In this document: piece by piece, positions 48,613-59,329 of the stretch
Position numbering within the stretch: the stretch's first letter is position 1
Layout of the letters: each line of letters starts with the position of its first letter
NCBI GenBank assembly: GCA_034439715.1
Contig: JAWXAY010000053.1
Coordinates: 1-60,874, forward strand
Direction: 5' to 3'
Source: Pseudomonadota bacterium
GTDB taxonomy: Bacteria; Bdellovibrionota; Bdellovibrionia; Bdellovibrionales; SG-bin7
Length of the DNA: 60,874 bases
Notes under the pieces: generated by a model
Told to the model about the DNA's origin: nothing
Seen by the model: only the letters and a program-made list of their open reading frames with translations
Database searches by the model: none
Program-made: the position numbers and the translations under genes

Positions 48613-49662
48613 TTGCAATTAGATTTTGAATCCAAAATTGCTGACCTTTTAGCGCTAAATACGCCGGTTGAACAGATAGCCGAGAGACTCATTGTCGAGC
48701 TTATGAACCAAAAAGTTTCCGACAATTCTATCGCCCCGCTGGGTTATTTCTTTCTAAACTCGGGGCAAACAAAAAAATTATTTTCCTTCACGAGGGAACT
48801 TTTAGAAAAATCTAAACCGCTCCCCTGGGGAGCGCTGGCCCTATCTTTGTGTAAACTCAATGAAGAAATTCCCGATGATTTTTTAACAGCGTTACGTGAA
48901 GGTGCCACTGAAGATGGCCAAATAGAAGCTTTACTATCAATTAGCAGACTTTGCAAAATGGACGCGAGACTTCGGGAATTAAAAGAAGCCAAAAAGAGAG
49001 AGAGAACCTCTCGACATCAGGAGCAGCGCCAGGTTTTGATAGACAAACTCACCTATTTAAAGTCCCAAAGAATGGTCCACGAAGAAGGTCGAACATTAGA
49101 GGATTTTCAAAAACTTTTTCCCGGTGACCCCTACATTAAGTCTTACACCGAAGAATTTAGCAAAAGACATGCCGCCGTGGTGGTCAAGGAGATAGCTGAA
49201 AATCATAAGCCTCATAAATTACTCAAACGCCCGATTACTCACTCGCCGGTCAATCTTAAATGGGCCAGAACTCTTTTAACCCATCTTGAAAGCATCGTCA
49301 CAAAACATCCTAAAGCCGCCACTGACTTTTCAATGTTATTTTATTTTTTGGATTTTTATGAAGAAGCCCTTTATGTTTTAAATTACGCCCCCTCATCGCC
49401 CTCGACGGATTGGCTTCGCTTAGAATTAAAAATTCTTTCGCGCCGGTATGTGGACGCCATCGAAGAAGCCCGTTCGCTAGAACAAAAATATGCCCTGGAT
49501 CCCGAGGCCACCTTTGCCACAACCTATGCGCGAGCACTTTGTCTATGGGAGCTCGGGCAGGAGGGACTTGCGATCTCAATTTTACAGGGAATTATTAAAA
49601 TTCGTCCGCAGTTTCGCTCGGCCGTTTCACTTCTACAACAGTGGCGCCAGGAGCTTGTATGA
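48613..49662 (+). CDS. Hypothetical TPR-like protein
   Basis: 349-aa helical ORF; C-terminal YARAL.LWELG...AI.IL..I..IRP.FRSA. Confidence 0.75.
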   Translation: MQLDFESKIADLLALNTPVEQIAERLIVELMNQKVSDNSIAPLGYFFLNSGQTKKLFSFTRELLEKSKPLPWGALALSLCKLNEEIPDDFLTALREGATEDGQIEALLSISRLCKMDARLRELKEAKKRERTSRHQEQRQVLIDKLTYLKSQRMVHEEGRTLEDFQKLFPGDPYIKSYTEEFSKRHAAVVVKEIAENHKPHKLLKRPITHSPVNLKWARTLLTHLESIVTKHPKAATDFSMLFYFLDFYEEALYVLNYAPSSPSTDWLRLELKILSRRYVDAIEEARSLEQKYALDPEATFATTYARALCLWELGQEGLAISILQGIIKIRPQFRSAVSLLQQWRQELV

Positions 49663-52600
49663 GAAACCAGATAGTACGCCAATTCGTAAAATGGTGGCGT
49701 GAACAAATCAAAAATGTACTTTCGCTCTTACTGCTAATGGCTTTTTCATTCTTACTGGGTTTTAGCGTTAAATACCACTACCCTCGAATGAAAGTATGGC
49801 TCATTACCGAGGTTGAATTTTTAAGCTCAAAATTTTTAAAACTTCAAATCCTTCCTATGGATATTGAACTCAGTGCCTTTCCAATAGGTATTAAATTAGT
49901 AAATTTGAGAGTCAAACCACTCGATGAAAAAAGAGCTTCATTTCCCAGTATTCAAATCAAAGAACTTCTAGCCACTATTAGCATGTGGGATATTTTGTCG
50001 GGCCACCTTCGCCTTTCAACGCTCGAGATTATTGAGCCTGAAGTCGATTACATTGAAAAACCTAGCCAAAAAAAACCGACGTCACTGGATTTAGAAATCA
50101 GCATCCGCCAGTTGACCAACTTACCGCTAAGACGCCTTAAAGTGAGCCACCTCAATGTTCGCTCTCGCCTCACTAGCCTTGATCTTGTGGCAGAAACTAA
50201 AGACCTCTCGTGGATCGTAGACAATAAGAATGGATCTTTATTTTATGAAATTCTCGCCAAAGATATATATGCAAAAAAGATTTCTTCGACTCTGTCCTCG
50301 AGATTTGGGTTTTTTGCTAAAGGTAGTGTCAATCGAGATTCCATTCATATTTCAAATCTAATTCTGAAAAGACAAAATTCAGATTTAACATTGACAGCAC
50401 ATGCTACTGGGAAAGTCGAAGAGCTCTTGCTGCAAAAAGTGGAATGGAAAATGACTTCTAATCTAGATTTGTCAGAGCTGCTACCTTTGGTCTCCTCGTT
50501 TGTACCACAGCTCGATGCCCATCAAATTAAAGGCAAAGTCGACCTCACTACCTTTGGTGAATACACGAATAAAAAGGGTATCAACGTAAATTTTTTGTTG
50601 AACACTGCGGGACTCGCTGTGGATCAGTTTACTATCGATAAAATCGAGTCACGTGGATCATTTTCCAAAAAGCGCCTTCTTCTCCAAAGCTTTTTCATCA
50701 ATAACAGTTCGGGTTATTTTGGACTCAGAGACACCGAGATAGATATTAATGAAAGTGAGAATAATAAAATAAGCGTTAAATCCAAGATTCAAGTAAACCA
50801 ACTCGAACTACAAAAATTTCTTTTGACACTGGGTTTGCCTGAGAGTCCCGTGACCCTAAACACAAATGGTCAGTTTGATTGTCAAGGCGAGGCCCATCCG
50901 AAATTAGATCTTTCCTGCACGGGACAGGCCCGAGGCAACAATCTGCATGTTTACAGCGAAGAAGATAACTCCAGCATAGTGAAGCTCGATGCGTTCAAGA
51001 CTGAGGGAACGGTGAATATTAATTCTCAGGAGGTCCGCTACTCCTCCAAGTTGCAAATTCAAGAGAGCGTCGGATCTAGCCAAGGCGTGGTCGATTATAA
51101 ACGCGGCTTCCGAATCGAATTTGATTCGCCAAAAGCCATATTCTCAGAAGTCAGTCACCTGGCTGGTTTAAAACTTGAGGGTGAAAGTCAAATCAAAGGG
51201 TATACTGAAGGGAACTCCTCAAGTGCCACTTTAAGTATTTCTGCAAATGGGCGCAACCTCTGGCTCGAGGATTATGCCCTTGGCAATGCAAGAACCCAAC
51301 TGTCATATGCCAAGGGACTACTCAGTTTTTCAGATATAAAAGGAAGTATAGATGCCTCCAACTATTTGGCAAATGTGATCATAGGATTTAGTCCAAGTCG
51401 AATCGAAGTGTCGGCTAACTCGTCTGACTTAAACTTAAAAGACGTCGCGTATTCGATTTCCCGACGAATAAATATTCCGCTTGCATTGAGTGGCACTGGC
51501 AAGGCCCAAATTCATCTCTCGGGCCCGCTGTCGGGCCCTCTCCCCTTTTGGGGCTTGAGTTACCGCTTGTCCTCTCTATTTAACGATGCCAGAGTGGGCG
51601 ACGAATTATTTGATGGTCTCACTTTTAATATTTCGGCCGAAAAGGGAATCATTAAAGCCAACAAAGTTACGCTCAACAAAGGGACCTCGCGCGTAACTAT
51701 TAATGGCAATATTACTCCGCCCGGCATTTTTGATTTGGCGGTGCTGGGAGACCAGTATCGCCTCGATGACTCCCAATACGTACGTGCACTCACTCAAGAA
51801 CTTAAGGGACAACTTGATTTTGATTTATCACTGAAGGGACCTGCACAGGCTATCCAGGGTGCTTTTAAAGGATACCTGAGTCAGGTTAGTCTCGGCGTTG
51901 AACCCATTGAGCCATCCAACCTTTCATTCCAATGGAGCCAGAAGTCACTCAAAGGTAAGGGCAACTTTTTTGGCAATCAATTGTCAGCGCAAATTGAAGT
52001 CCCCTTTGAAAAAAATAGACCATCTTTAATGTATTTTAAGGCCAAGGAGTGGAATTTTCTGCCGTTGTTAGCGCTAGTGTTTAAAAATGAGCGGCAGTGG
52101 GATTATAAAAGTTCGATGACGGGATTGCTTGAACTTCGATCAAATGCTGGCGGTTTTTGGAAATCGACGGGACAAGGAACCATCGACAGCATTACCATTC
52201 AACGAGGTCCTATATCAATGACCACCGACCACCCCTGGAAAGTAATCTTCGACAATGGTGAGATGAGCTCGAATCTCCTTAGCCTCAAAGGACCTAATGC
52301 CTTTTTTAAATTAATGGTCAACAAATCCACTCGAGAAAACCTCAACCTCTCAACAAGTGGAAAGATCGACATGTCTCTACTTTCTCTTGCCACACCATTT
52401 TTTAGCGAAATCCGCGGCAACATGACACTTTCCCTAAAAGCCCAAGGAAGTATCGACAACCCAAGAACTCTTGGCTCTATGTATGTAGAAAATGGACTCA
52501 TCAAATTTCCTGGGTTCGCTCATACTTTTCAGAATATTAAAACCGATATTTTATTCAATAACGAGAAAATCTTGATTAACTCTCTGTCATCTATTTTAGG

Positions 52601-53678
52601 TGGAGGACCACTTCTCGCCAGCGGTAGTATTACTATCGCGGGGTTAAACAAAGTCATTGTAAATATGACCGGAACCGCTGAGAGAGTGCATCTCAATGTT
52701 CCTGAGGGAGTTAGAACGGTTATTACAGGTCCCATCGAATTTTATGGCGATTCATTTCCTTACACACTCAGTGGACGGCTAAAGATTGATGAGGGACAGT
52801 TTCTAAAAGAGTTTGGAGTCGCCGAATCTACTTCCACTCTCATCCGTCAGAGTTCATTTTTACCTAAAAGCGTTGGCGAAAAGGAATCTCATCCCCTAAA
52901 ACTTAATCTCAACTTATTTGTTTCAGACGATTTTAGAATCAAAAATTCAAAATTGGATTCTCTCGTTTATGGCAATCTTAATGTAAAAGGCTATGTTGAC
53001 GACCCCAATATCACAGGCCAAATTAATTTTCTTAAGGGAGGTAAGATATTTTTTCAAAAAACACCTTTTGAAATATCGTCGGGAACAGCACAGTTTAGGG
53101 TAAACTCTAATAACAACCCAGACCTCTATGTCGCTTCTGCAGCTCGAGTCCAAGAAGAATATGATGTCACTTTATTGGTTCAGGGAACAGGGAGCAAACC
53201 CATTTTGAACTTATCAAGTCAGCCAGCGCTTACAGAACCCGAAATTATTTGTCTCTTAGCCATTGGGCTTACCTGTGATAAACTTGAAAAGTCGGTGGGC
53301 TCATCCCAACAATCACAAGCAACCTCCTACCAAATTGGAGCGGCCGTATTGTCACAAAACCCTTTAGGAAAACAAATTAAAGAACGAACCGGTTTTGACG
53401 TTGAGTTCTCAACTTCATTTGACAGCGAGTCCACTAGCGTACCCCAAATTGTGGTTGGTCGACAGCTATCTAGCCAAATGGGAGTAAAGGCTACAAGATC
53501 CTTTGGCAAGGAACCCAAGTATGACGCCCAACTTTTCTATAACTTTAATAAAAACATTTCAGTCATAGGTCGCTGGGAGGGACGTGAGCAGGTAGAATCA
53601 TCGACGCAATCTACGCAGAAAAAAGAATCTAACAAGGCCCTGGGTTTCGATCTCGAATACAAGGTGGAATTTAAGTGA
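49659..53678 (+). CDS. tamB: Translocation and assembly module TamB / AsmA-like protein
   Basis: N-terminal TM; long beta-rich body; DUF490-like C-terminus (P.L.LSS.P.L.E.EI..LL..G, DLEYKVEFK); directly upstream of an Omp85 gene. Confidence 0.88.
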   Translation: MRNQIVRQFVKWWREQIKNVLSLLLLMAFSFLLGFSVKYHYPRMKVWLITEVEFLSSKFLKLQILPMDIELSAFPIGIKLVNLRVKPLDEKRASFPSIQIKELLATISMWDILSGHLRLSTLEIIEPEVDYIEKPSQKKPTSLDLEISIRQLTNLPLRRLKVSHLNVRSRLTSLDLVAETKDLSWIVDNKNGSLFYEILAKDIYAKKISSTLSSRFGFFAKGSVNRDSIHISNLILKRQNSDLTLTAHATGKVEELLLQKVEWKMTSNLDLSELLPLVSSFVPQLDAHQIKGKVDLTTFGEYTNKKGINVNFLLNTAGLAVDQFTIDKIESRGSFSKKRLLLQSFFINNSSGYFGLRDTEIDINESENNKISVKSKIQVNQLELQKFLLTLGLPESPVTLNTNGQFDCQGEAHPKLDLSCTGQARGNNLHVYSEEDNSSIVKLDAFKTEGTVNINSQEVRYSSKLQIQESVGSSQGVVDYKRGFRIEFDSPKAIFSEVSHLAGLKLEGESQIKGYTEGNSSSATLSISANGRNLWLEDYALGNARTQLSYAKGLLSFSDIKGSIDASNYLANVIIGFSPSRIEVSANSSDLNLKDVAYSISRRINIPLALSGTGKAQIHLSGPLSGPLPFWGLSYRLSSLFNDARVGDELFDGLTFNISAEKGIIKANKVTLNKGTSRVTINGNITPPGIFDLAVLGDQYRLDDSQYVRALTQELKGQLDFDLSLKGPAQAIQGAFKGYLSQVSLGVEPIEPSNLSFQWSQKSLKGKGNFFGNQLSAQIEVPFEKNRPSLMYFKAKEWNFLPLLALVFKNERQWDYKSSMTGLLELRSNAGGFWKSTGQGTIDSITIQRGPISMTTDHPWKVIFDNGEMSSNLLSLKGPNAFFKLMVNKSTRENLNLSTSGKIDMSLLSLATPFFSEIRGNMTLSLKAQGSIDNPRTLGSMYVENGLIKFPGFAHTFQNIKTDILFNNEKILINSLSSILGGGPLLASGSITIAGLNKVIVNMTGTAERVHLNVPEGVRTVITGPIEFYGDSFPYTLSGRLKIDEGQFLKEFGVAESTSTLIRQSSFLPKSVGEKESHPLKLNLNLFVSDDFRIKNSKLDSLVYGNLNVKGYVDDPNITGQINFLKGGKIFFQKTPFEISSGTAQFRVNSNNNPDLYVASAARVQEEYDVTLLVQGTGSKPILNLSSQPALTEPEIICLLAIGLTCDKLEKSVGSSQQSQATSYQIGAAVLSQNPLGKQIKERTGFDVEFSTSFDSESTSVPQIVVGRQLSSQMGVKATRSFGKEPKYDAQLFYNFNKNISVIGRWEGREQVESSTQSTQKKESNKALGFDLEYKVEFK

Positions 53679-56530
53679 AAGGTTTCTTCTCGACCTTCTA
53701 TTGGTATTTAAGCCTTGTTGCTATTTTGGTATGTGTTACGACTTCAGCAGTTGCCCAAATTGATTTAGGTTCAGTGTCGCTCGAAATCCAAAAAAAGGTC
53801 CAACCTCTTATTCAGCAGCTGCAGAAAAACTCAGGGGACCTTTCAGTCGCCGATCAACTTTTAAAGGCTCTGATGGATACGGATTCATTTGAAGCTGTAG
53901 AAATTCACAGGCAAAATGGAGTCCTGAGAATTCTCACCCGCCCCTCACGAAGGATTTCGCAAGTCATTATCGAAGGAAATCAAAATATCACATCTGCAGA
54001 GACGTCCCGAATAATTCAAGTCAATATAAACGACAGTTTTGACAGAAAACTAATGGTCGAAGCCGCAAAGAGATTAAAAGATGAGTATGAGGGCTTGGGT
54101 TACTTGAATGCCATAATTGAGGTAAATTTCATTATTGAATCGAAAGAAAAGGTCAGTGTGTATTTTAAGATAGCAGAGGGAAATCTTTGTTCTGTCAAAA
54201 ATATTATCTTTAACACTCCTAACAAATTCCTACTCGTCGAACTCAACCGCAAAGCTAAAGTTTATATTAATAAACGGTACTCCAGCAAAGTCATTGCAGA
54301 GTTAAACTCAAAATTGAGCGACTACTTAATTGGTAATCGTTATCTTAATACCTCAATACTAGCCCCGGCATTTAACTATAACAGCAGTCGATCTGAAGTG
54401 ACGCTATCTTTCGATGTCATTGATCCCTATAAAATTCATTTTCTATTTAAGGGCAATCAACCCAACCTAGAGGATGATTTGAAAAAATCCATTTCACCTG
54501 AGACCTCTGCACAGTTAGGTTTTAATCTGGGCGTTGAGGCTGCCAACCGAGTTAAAGACTATTACTTAAAGAATGGTTATGCCTACGTCACTATAACCCA
54601 ACAAGTGAAGCAGTGGGAAGAATCTTTTCGTCGAGAAATTCACTTCACGATTAACGAAGGCGCTAAAATTAGGCTGCAGCGATTTTTTGTTCGTGGCCAG
54701 TTTTCTAAGCCCGAAGATTACTACTCAAAATTTATTCGTAACCACAGCTCCGAAATGATTGAGAAAGGTTATTATGTCGAACGTGATCTTGAAAATGGCG
54801 TTAAGAACCTCGCTACTGAGCTTCGCAATCAGGGATATTTTCGTGCCAAGTTACAATCCCACAGTACTATAGAAAGTGACAATAGAAAGACCGTAGACAT
54901 CCAGCTTACTCTCAATGAAGGCCCACTAACGTTAGTTGATGACATTATTTTTGAGGGCAACAAGTCTTATTCTAAAAGTGAACTCGAGGTTTCTCTTTTT
55001 TTGAGGCGAGGTGGGCCACTACACCTAAATGATCTCGAGAGAAGCCTCGAGAATATTAAAAAGTTCTATTTTGATCAGGGTTTTCTGGAAATGCAAATTT
55101 TGGGCGATGCCGATTCTCTCGTGAGTTATGATAAAACAAACACGCGCGCCCAAATCACTTTTCGAATCAAAGAAGGGGTTAAGGTCAAGGTGGCCACAAT
55201 TGTGGTGGACGGTGCCGATCAAACTAAAAACTCTGTGATTCTTAGAGAGCTTGAGTTTGTCCCCGGCGACACTTTAACTCCTGAGAAAATTGATACATCG
55301 ATAATGGGGTTACAGCGCCTAGGGCTTTTTTCTAAAATAGAAATCGATACCCTTCAGAAAGACACTGATATACCGCAACGTACAGTTATTGTCCGAGTCA
55401 TCGAAAAAAATCCTGGTGTTTTTAAGTTTGGAGTGGGACTGACGAACGACACAAATTTGGATGTCCGCGCCTACACGGGAATTTCTTACCGAAACATTCG
55501 GGGAACAGCTAGAGCAGCGAGCCTTAGAGTTGAGCTCAACAGGTCAGTAGCCGCTCAAAATGGCAAAGAGCTCGACCCCGGCGAAAATTATTTAGAAAAT
55601 AAAATCACAGCGGGCTATTATGAACCTTTCTTATATAAAAATCATATCGATGGCCGGGTCAATCTAACGCATTCAGAAACTAAGCTTCGAACGGAAGAAC
55701 AGGAGCCCGCAAAAATTCAAGAGGCTAATGCCATCGATTTTTTACTCGAGAAAGATTTAACTAAGAAGATAAAGCTCACCTGGGAAGCCTACGGTTTTAC
55801 TCGAGAAAGGGAATTCACTTTCGGCGGTTCAACCCCCGAGAACCGGCGAGATATCGCTAGAATCGGACCAACCTTGGATTTCGACTATCGCGACGACCCC
55901 TTCAATCCCACTCGTGGGCACTTTATGCGTTTTAACCTTGATTACAGTAGCCCAAAGCTGGGCAGCACCAGAACAATTCATTTTGTTAAGATGGCCACGA
56001 CAGTAAGTCATTACCTGCCCGTGGGAAAGAGCAATTTTATCTGGGCGAATTCTCTGAGAAGTGGGTATGTCGCGAACCTTTCAAATCTCTCAGATGGAGG
56101 TGTTCCCTCTCAACAAACATTTTTCTTGGGTGGTCGTTCTACAATTCGCGGCTTCGACCCCCAAACTGAACTCATTCCCCGCGCTGAAGAACTCAACCAC
56201 CTTGAGGACATCAACGATTTTTCGCTGAGTGGAGATAGCCATTTTTATCTGATCAAATCAGAAATCCGATTTCCCATTTATGGCTCGCTGGGGGGAGTGG
56301 TCTTTTATGACGGTGGGGCTGTCGTTATTCCTGGTTTCCGTTTTGAAAGACAATACCGAGACTCCGCCGGCTTTGGTGTCCGCGTCACTACTCCCGTAGG
56401 TCCACTTAATTTAGAGATCGGGTATAAACTTAATCGGATTGCTGAAACCTCTGTACTCGATGTATTAAACCAACCCACCACTTACAAAGAAAGCAAATAT
56501 CAGATTCACCTTAGCATCGGGAGTTTCTAA
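53675..56530 (+). CDS. Omp85 family outer-membrane protein (BamA/TamA-like) with multiple POTRA domains
   Basis: POTRA repeats, DYRDDPFNPTRG, FFLGGRSTIRGF, G.GVR.TTPVGPL, HLSIGSF. Confidence 0.92.
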   Translation: MKGFFSTFYWYLSLVAILVCVTTSAVAQIDLGSVSLEIQKKVQPLIQQLQKNSGDLSVADQLLKALMDTDSFEAVEIHRQNGVLRILTRPSRRISQVIIEGNQNITSAETSRIIQVNINDSFDRKLMVEAAKRLKDEYEGLGYLNAIIEVNFIIESKEKVSVYFKIAEGNLCSVKNIIFNTPNKFLLVELNRKAKVYINKRYSSKVIAELNSKLSDYLIGNRYLNTSILAPAFNYNSSRSEVTLSFDVIDPYKIHFLFKGNQPNLEDDLKKSISPETSAQLGFNLGVEAANRVKDYYLKNGYAYVTITQQVKQWEESFRREIHFTINEGAKIRLQRFFVRGQFSKPEDYYSKFIRNHSSEMIEKGYYVERDLENGVKNLATELRNQGYFRAKLQSHSTIESDNRKTVDIQLTLNEGPLTLVDDIIFEGNKSYSKSELEVSLFLRRGGPLHLNDLERSLENIKKFYFDQGFLEMQILGDADSLVSYDKTNTRAQITFRIKEGVKVKVATIVVDGADQTKNSVILRELEFVPGDTLTPEKIDTSIMGLQRLGLFSKIEIDTLQKDTDIPQRTVIVRVIEKNPGVFKFGVGLTNDTNLDVRAYTGISYRNIRGTARAASLRVELNRSVAAQNGKELDPGENYLENKITAGYYEPFLYKNHIDGRVNLTHSETKLRTEEQEPAKIQEANAIDFLLEKDLTKKIKLTWEAYGFTREREFTFGGSTPENRRDIARIGPTLDFDYRDDPFNPTRGHFMRFNLDYSSPKLGSTRTIHFVKMATTVSHYLPVGKSNFIWANSLRSGYVANLSNLSDGGVPSQQTFFLGGRSTIRGFDPQTELIPRAEELNHLEDINDFSLSGDSHFYLIKSEIRFPIYGSLGGVVFYDGGAVVIPGFRFERQYRDSAGFGVRVTTPVGPLNLEIGYKLNRIAETSVLDVLNQPTTYKESKYQIHLSIGSF

Positions 56531-57713
56531 GTCGAGCCATATAAAAGCCGTCATACCCGCTTTCATCAGGCATCAGACTTAACTCTTTTTCTAAACTAAA
56601 ATGGGGAAAGTCCTTCAGAAAGGCTGAAATATTTTTTTTATTTTCTCGGGGTAAAATACTACAAGTCGCATATACAAGGCGTCCGCCGGGCTTAACCATC
56701 AAGGAATAGTCTCGTAAAAGTTCTTTTTGTAGATTGATGAGTCCTTCGACTTTTTCTTTGGTTAGCTTCCATTTTGTATCAGGTTTTCGTCTCAAAACCC
56801 CAAGCCCCGAACAAGGAACATCTAGCAAGAGGCCATCGGCAACTCCCTCAAGCCGTTTTATTACTTTGCCGGAATCTATAACTCTGGCCTCTATGATATC
56901 AACTCCAGCGCGACTCGCACGCTTTCTCAAATCTTCAAGCCTTGAGGAATGAACATCAAGCGAAATAATTTTTCCTTTATTCTGCATGAGTGCCGCCATG
57001 TGAAGTGATTTACCGCCTGCCCCGGCACAGGCATCAATTATTCTCTCGCCTTTTTTTGGCTCCAGAAATGGTCCGACCAGCTGCGAAGAATAGTCTTGAA
57101 TCTCAAAAAGACCAGTTTGAAATGCATTTGATGTAAATAGATTTTTCCGGTTTATCAGCTCCAAAGCGTCTGCCGCTAATTCCCGCGTTTCAATCTCTTC
57201 TTCGTTCAGCAAGCGAGCGCACAATTCCTTAGCCGTAATTTTTAAACGGTTGGCCCGCAGAATGACCGAACTTTGCTTATTAAGAATAGTCAGACAGGAT
57301 TCCCAACGATCTCCCAATTCAACTCGCCCCATCTCATCCAACCAATCTGGAATTGACTCACGAATTTTAAAAGGGAAATTTTTAATTTTTTCTTGGGGCC
57401 ATGAAGTCTTTTTGATTCCTTGAAACTCTCGCCACTGAGGTAAATCAATGTTTTCGCGAGTGAGGTACATTCCTAAGACATGCCAATAATTAATTCCGGA
57501 GGAGTTGAGGTCATGGTCTAATAGAAAAAGAAAAAGACGCCACCATCTTACGATTTCATAGACACTCTCGGCAACAAATCGACGATCACGTCCACCCAAT
57601 TTTTTATTGGTTTTAAGTTGAAAACTAACAACCTTGTCGGCGTACATTCCGTCTTTGAATATAGAATCGAGCGCTCTCACGATAATGTCACAAACCGGGC
57701 GATGAATATTCAA
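56511..57713 (-). CDS. RsmB/NOL1/NOP2/Sun family RNA m5C methyltransferase
   Basis: FEIQD..SQ, DACAGAGGKS, LLDVPCSGLGVLRRKPD, VYATCS. Confidence 0.93.
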   Translation of the reverse strand: MNIHRPVCDIIVRALDSIFKDGMYADKVVSFQLKTNKKLGGRDRRFVAESVYEIVRWWRLFLFLLDHDLNSSGINYWHVLGMYLTRENIDLPQWREFQGIKKTSWPQEKIKNFPFKIRESIPDWLDEMGRVELGDRWESCLTILNKQSSVILRANRLKITAKELCARLLNEEEIETRELAADALELINRKNLFTSNAFQTGLFEIQDYSSQLVGPFLEPKKGERIIDACAGAGGKSLHMAALMQNKGKIISLDVHSSRLEDLRKRASRAGVDIIEARVIDSGKVIKRLEGVADGLLLDVPCSGLGVLRRKPDTKWKLTKEKVEGLINLQKELLRDYSLMVKPGGRLVYATCSILPRENKKNISAFLKDFPHFSLEKELSLMPDESGYDGFYMARLRNSRC

Positions 57714-58339
57714 AATGAAAACAGAACTCCACCAATTAGATAAGAACTATTGAGTTGGCCATCACTTAAAATATGAATATGATTTTGAAGTCCGGTCTCG
57801 ACAAAAAAACCAACCGAATCGATGAGATTTAAAAACCTCAGTCCTAGCAATAATTGGTAATCTAGCGAAAGGGCCGACTCGCCTTCTAGCTGCTTAAAGA
57901 AAACACCCGGGCCAATTCCTGCTCCAAAGTAAAAGGGAAACTGGCTGCTAATGTCTGGCAACAAAACAGCAGCTAAAACAGACATTTTGGTAGCGCGGTT
58001 GCCAGAAGCAAATTCATAAGAACTAAAATCAACTCTCAAATAAGAATCACCAAAATTAACCCACTCGCCAAAACGGTAGGTCAGCCCCCCAGAAAATTTA
58101 GCGACACCCTTCTCTCTTTTTTGCGGCCCCCAGCGATAGGCTGTTGAAGACAAATGGTTGCCAATGTGAATTCCTAAGTAGTGCTCACCACCAACGGTAT
58201 TGGTGGCTGCCGGTGTTCTTTTCTGTTCTTTGAAGTATTCGGCCGCCGCATCTTTCCCAGTTTTTGATGGAGTGTCTGCAGCATTGGCCCGTGGAGCATT
58301 TGAAGTAAGAGCCAAAAATAGAAATAAAACGAATCTCAT
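57710..58339 (-). CDS. Hypothetical outer-membrane beta-barrel protein
   Basis: Signal peptide; FP.YFGAG.G.G; terminal GVLFSF. Confidence 0.7.
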   Translation of the reverse strand: MRFVLFLFLALTSNAPRANAADTPSKTGKDAAAEYFKEQKRTPAATNTVGGEHYLGIHIGNHLSSTAYRWGPQKREKGVAKFSGGLTYRFGEWVNFGDSYLRVDFSSYEFASGNRATKMSVLAAVLLPDISSQFPFYFGAGIGPGVFFKQLEGESALSLDYQLLLGLRFLNLIDSVGFFVETGLQNHIHILSDGQLNSSYLIGGVLFSF

Positions 58340-58428
58340 ACCAACTACATAGATAAACCTGACAAACTTGTCTATCCCTAGCTGCGGCTGGTTGACGCGG
58401 CATGTATTCCATGCTAATTCCTCCCTAA

Positions 58429-58827
58429 ATGACTAACCGCCGGCAATCACGCGAAGCTGCACTACAAGTTCTTTTTCAATATCACTTCACTCCCGAGATT
58501 AATGTGAGCGATAGCCTGGCGTTATTTGAATCTCATTTTCTCAAAAATCAGGACTCTTGGAAATACGCTAAAGTCCTTACTTTGGGCGTCCTTGAAAATA
58601 TAAAGCAAATTGATGAGAGCTTACAAACCAAGTCACGAAACTGGAAATTGGGGCGCATGGCAGGTGTCGACCTCAATATTTTGAGATTGGCGCTTTTTGA
58701 AATATGCTATTTGAGTCCACCGGTGCCAAAGAGTGTGGTTATCAATGAAGCCGTTGAACTAGCCAAGAAATTTGGCACAGAACAAAGTTCGGCTTTTGTT
58801 AATGGAGTGCTCGATAGTTTTTCTTGA
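58429..58827 (+). CDS. nusB: Transcription antitermination factor NusB
   Basis: RRQSRE.ALQ.LFQ, NW...RM..VD.NILR, VINEAVELAK.FG...S..FVNGVLD. Confidence 0.97.
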   Translation: MTNRRQSREAALQVLFQYHFTPEINVSDSLALFESHFLKNQDSWKYAKVLTLGVLENIKQIDESLQTKSRNWKLGRMAGVDLNILRLALFEICYLSPPVPKSVVINEAVELAKKFGTEQSSAFVNGVLDSFS

Positions 58828-58859
58828 CCTCTCTTCTACCAAGCGCTGAGGATAGTATT

Positions 58860-59315
58860 ATGCCTTATACAGTTCTCACCCGAATGACGGCTTTTTCTTC
58901 AGGAGCCGATCTTTGGATTGTACCCGACATTAACCATTCTCAATGGTCCCAAAAAATTGATTGGGAAGTGGGATTTCAAGCTGCTAGAGCCAAGGGTTAT
59001 GTCCCTCCCGAAACTCCACTCGCAATTAAAGAAATTGCCACAGAACTTAAAATAAAAATGGAGGATTTTCGTCAAACCAAAGCAGCACCTCTCTTATTGG
59101 CCACAGAAAATCATTTACCAAATAAAATGACGGTGTTTATTCAAGTTCCAAAAAACAAATCTCAGTGGGTAATGGCGGCTTCGGAAATTTGGAAGCAATT
59201 AAATTTTCCCGAACTCCGAGTGTTTTTGCCCGAAGGAGTTGACGTTGACGAATTCAAATCTGCGTGGCCCCATCCTGGCTTTGATCGCAAAATAACTTTA
59301 GTTCCGACATTTTAA
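58860..59315 (+). CDS. Conserved hypothetical protein
   Basis: ORF downstream of nusB; W.QKIDW...FQ and LRVFLP motifs. Confidence 0.7.
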   Translation: MPYTVLTRMTAFSSGADLWIVPDINHSQWSQKIDWEVGFQAARAKGYVPPETPLAIKEIATELKIKMEDFRQTKAAPLLLATENHLPNKMTVFIQVPKNKSQWVMAASEIWKQLNFPELRVFLPEGVDVDEFKSAWPHPGFDRKITLVPTF

Positions 59316-59329
59316 ATCGAATATCTAAA

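Noticed and set aside
51516..51542. LSGPLSGPL micro-duplication in tamB
   Set aside because: Small imperfect in-frame duplication with no evident significance
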